This document shows positions 61,274 through 64,000 of a stretch of 64,000 nucleotides of DNA, in pieces. The translations under genes were made by a program, and so were the position numbers. The stretch's first letter is position 1. The number at the start of each line of letters is the position of its first letter. Origin of the DNA: Eledone cirrhosa (Eukaryota); NCBI GenBank assembly GCA_964016885.1, contig CAXHJY010001376.1:1-64000 (forward strand). The letters run 5' to 3'. The notes beneath the pieces are model-generated. The model was not told the DNA's origin and ran no database searches. It saw only the letters and a program-made list of their open reading frames with translations.

Positions 61274-61474
61274 CAAAGAAAGTGTGGTAAGAAACCAGGT
61301 GGACCATACAGCACCAGAGTACTCGATACTCAGGGTAGTAGAGTGGGTAATAGGAAAAGAGTCAGGACCCCGACGGCTGAGCTCCGGCCGTTTCGACAGC
61401 TAGATCCGAACAATTCGGATCTAGCTGTCGAAACGGCCGGAGCTCAGCCGTCGGGGTCCTGACTCGTTTCCCAT
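61271..61474 (-). mobile_element. Family A fold-back PLE end, best-preserved copy
   Basis: ~60-bp arms centred on ccgaa-caa-ttcgg (61411-61413); tail on the left. Confidence 0.85.
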
Positions 61475-61500
61475 ATATATATATATATATAAATATATAT

Positions 61501-61653
61501 ATGGGCTTCCACAGAATTTCCGTCAACCAAATGTCACATTAGTGAACAGTGAACACAGAGCTATAGTAGAAGACACCTGTCCAAGGTGCCAGACTGTAGG
61601 ACTGAACCCAGAATCCCGTGGTTGTGAAACAAATTCCTTAACCACACAACCAT
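61501..61653 (-). mobile_element. Diverged tRNA/CORE-like SINE, family 3; relatives at ~43645-43765, ~58790-58945 and ~5930-6040
   Basis: Reverse complement: tggttgtgtggttaag...gggttcagtcc...gcaccttggacaggtgtcttct. Confidence 0.6.
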
Positions 61654-62280
61654 ATCTGTAACTATTAATGCGATTTGATTTAATTCAACTAATAAATAGA
61701 ATTTCACAGAAAATGATACAGATATGTGTGCATGATTATATATATGTGTGTGTGATTATATATATATGTGTGTGCGTGTGTGTGTGTGATTATATGTGTG
61801 TGTGTGTGTGATTATATATGTGTGTGTGTGTTATTCTGACTGACATCGCCCCCCCCCCCCTTGAATATCCATACGTAAACACGTGTTCTCCATATACAGG
61901 TACATACATTCACATACACTCACATATACATATTGATATACACATATATACGTTGGCAGAGCACGTAGTTTACCCGCCGAAAAGGCTCACCTCCCAACCA
62001 CTACCACCAACACCACCACCATCACCATCTACACCATCACCATCACCACCACCCTTATCATTCACACCATCACTATCACCACTATCCCCCACCACCACCA
62101 CTATCCCCCACCATCAACACTTTCCCCCACCATCACCACCACCACCACCACCCTTATCATTCACACCATCACTATCACCACTATCCCCCACCATCTCCAT
62201 TATCCCCCACCATTTCCATACAATTGCAGAGCAGAGCACGTGTTCTAGTCCAGCATGATTCCTTTTTCTTTCTTTCTCTA

Positions 62281-62390
<110 letters not shown>

Positions 62391-63215
62391 TCCTTGCTTT
62401 GAAATAATGAGAGGATTAGGGGATGTTAATTCATTAGCATAATACAGCATACACATCCAATGAAATGAGGAAGAGAATATATCGAATGTGTGGGAGTAAA
62501 GATATGGTTTGTGGGGAGATGTAGGGATGAGATGTGTGTGAGTGAGTGTGTGTGTCTGTCTGTCTGTCTGTGAATGTGTGTGTATGTGTGTGTGTGCTTG
62601 AATATGTATGTATATGTAAAGCCATCTTTTCAACGACACTCCCAAATCAAACGTCTCGGTTTTAATTCTATGACACCATTAAGTTATGTGTCTTAATCTA
62701 GGATAGCTCTCAATAATGTCTGAATATCTGGTTTCTGGCAGTGATACTTTCTCCAGTGGCCACCTGGTGAAATCAGTGTCAGGACGACAGGTTGAAGGTA
62801 ACCAGATAACAAATACCAGCCCCCCCCCCCCCCAATCTCTCTATCTCTTTCTCTCTGGCGTCCTGGGGACATCAAACTGTCTTCCTACTCACTTCGATTA
62901 TAATGGAGAGCACCATCCAAAAGACTGAGTCCTTCCAGGTAGATTGACCTTTCAGCGTATTAACTCCGACATCATCGAAGATAAAGCATTTGCCATTTTT
63001 TCAGCCAGGATCATGAAACATTTGCATAACACTGTGATTTCCTTTGCATAACACACAATAAAATAACTCTTTCCTGGCAAATCCAAATCATGTGTTTATT
63101 AAACTGTCACACCTGAAAACATATCTCCGTTTGCCTCACCTCGATGTTTTGTATTAAGTGGGTGTACCATTCCATCACCACTCACTCTCTGATACCACAA
63201 ATTCATATCTTCTCA

Positions 63216-63358
63216 TTACGTCCCTTTACGATCTGAGTTCAAATCCCGCCGAGATTAACTTTGCCTTTCATCCTTACGGGGTCGATAAAATAAAGTACCA
63301 GTAATGCACTGAGGTAATTGCTGGCCTTGTGCCAAAAGTAGAAACAATTATTATTATT
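63216..63358 (+). mobile_element. SINE family 1, 5'-truncated
   Basis: Sequence match, (ATT)n tail. Confidence 0.85.
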
Positions 63359-63364
63359 ATCGGA

Positions 63365-63976
63365 AACTAGAATGTCTCCAAGCCCTCACTACCCTTTGCC
63401 AATCGGACATTACGGTTGGTAGAAACTCTACCTTGGCTTTCTATAGAGGGTTAGTGGAGGACAAGAGCGACGACATTCTTGGGGGAAATTCTGGGTGTCG
63501 ACGAAAGCCAACTATCTATTATCTTCCGGAGGACTTTCGGCCCAGGGCCAATGGATAGGTTTCAGAAATCCCTGGCCTGGCAATGCAACCAGGAAGGGTT
63601 GTGAGTTCGAGATAAATGTTACAGGCATGTCCGAGATGCGCGCGGGTTGAAGACCGTCCTGCACGCACTTGTCCAGTGTCCGAGTATCACTGATTTGTGG
63701 GTTTATGCCGAACATCTGCTCTCGCGTGTAGGATGGTTCCAGCTATCAGCTGAGTTCATCATGAAGATTTCCCTGCCGCACTCATTTAACCTACTGGGCA
63801 TGGTGAAAAAGGTCGTATGGTGGAAGCGTCTGAAAGGGTTGAAGACGGGCACTTTCCTCTTTGGTGATGCTCTCATTAACTTTTTCAGGTTTCACCTGAA
63901 AAGGAAAATCAGGATAGAGAGGGAAGTGCTGCTTTCCAGCCAGTTTTTTGAAAAGTGGATGAGCGTGTGTCTGTAG
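63365..63976 (+). mobile_element. Tx1/L1-clade LINE ORF2 C-terminal fragment, frameshifted
   Basis: Hand translation: FQKSLAWQC...VRDK / ACPRCARV / TVLHALVQCP...W, a CCHC zinc knuckle (zf-RVT-like), followed by VWW.R..and F.EKW. Confidence 0.7.
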
Positions 63977-64000
63977 TATTGAAGTAGAACAATTGGGAGA

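Overview
AT-rich, microsatellite-saturated eukaryotic DNA with no recognisable host gene. The repeat content suggests a cephalopod such as Octopus (inference). Nearly all ORFs in the track are simple-repeat artefacts. Supported content: a ~9.5 kb 12-bp satellite, 44-, 33/36- and 85-bp minisatellites, more than 20 tRNA-derived SINE copies, RTE-like and Tx1-like LINE 3' fragments, and a probable Tc1/mariner relic. The main signal is a dense set of Penelope-like element (PLE) remnants sitting in (TA)n tracts. One is a 5'-truncated Naiad-type PLE with a GIY-YIG endonuclease, an in-frame TGA and ~480-bp inverted arms (48692-50496). About 20 others are short fold-back elements from several sequence families that carry minimal hammerhead ribozyme motifs. 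Many share one design: an inverted arm without a tail, an inversion point at the ribozyme core or stem II, and a 3' tail with a conserved (GTAT)TGAGTRC motif. All alignments and foldings were done by eye, so coordinates are approximate to a few bp.
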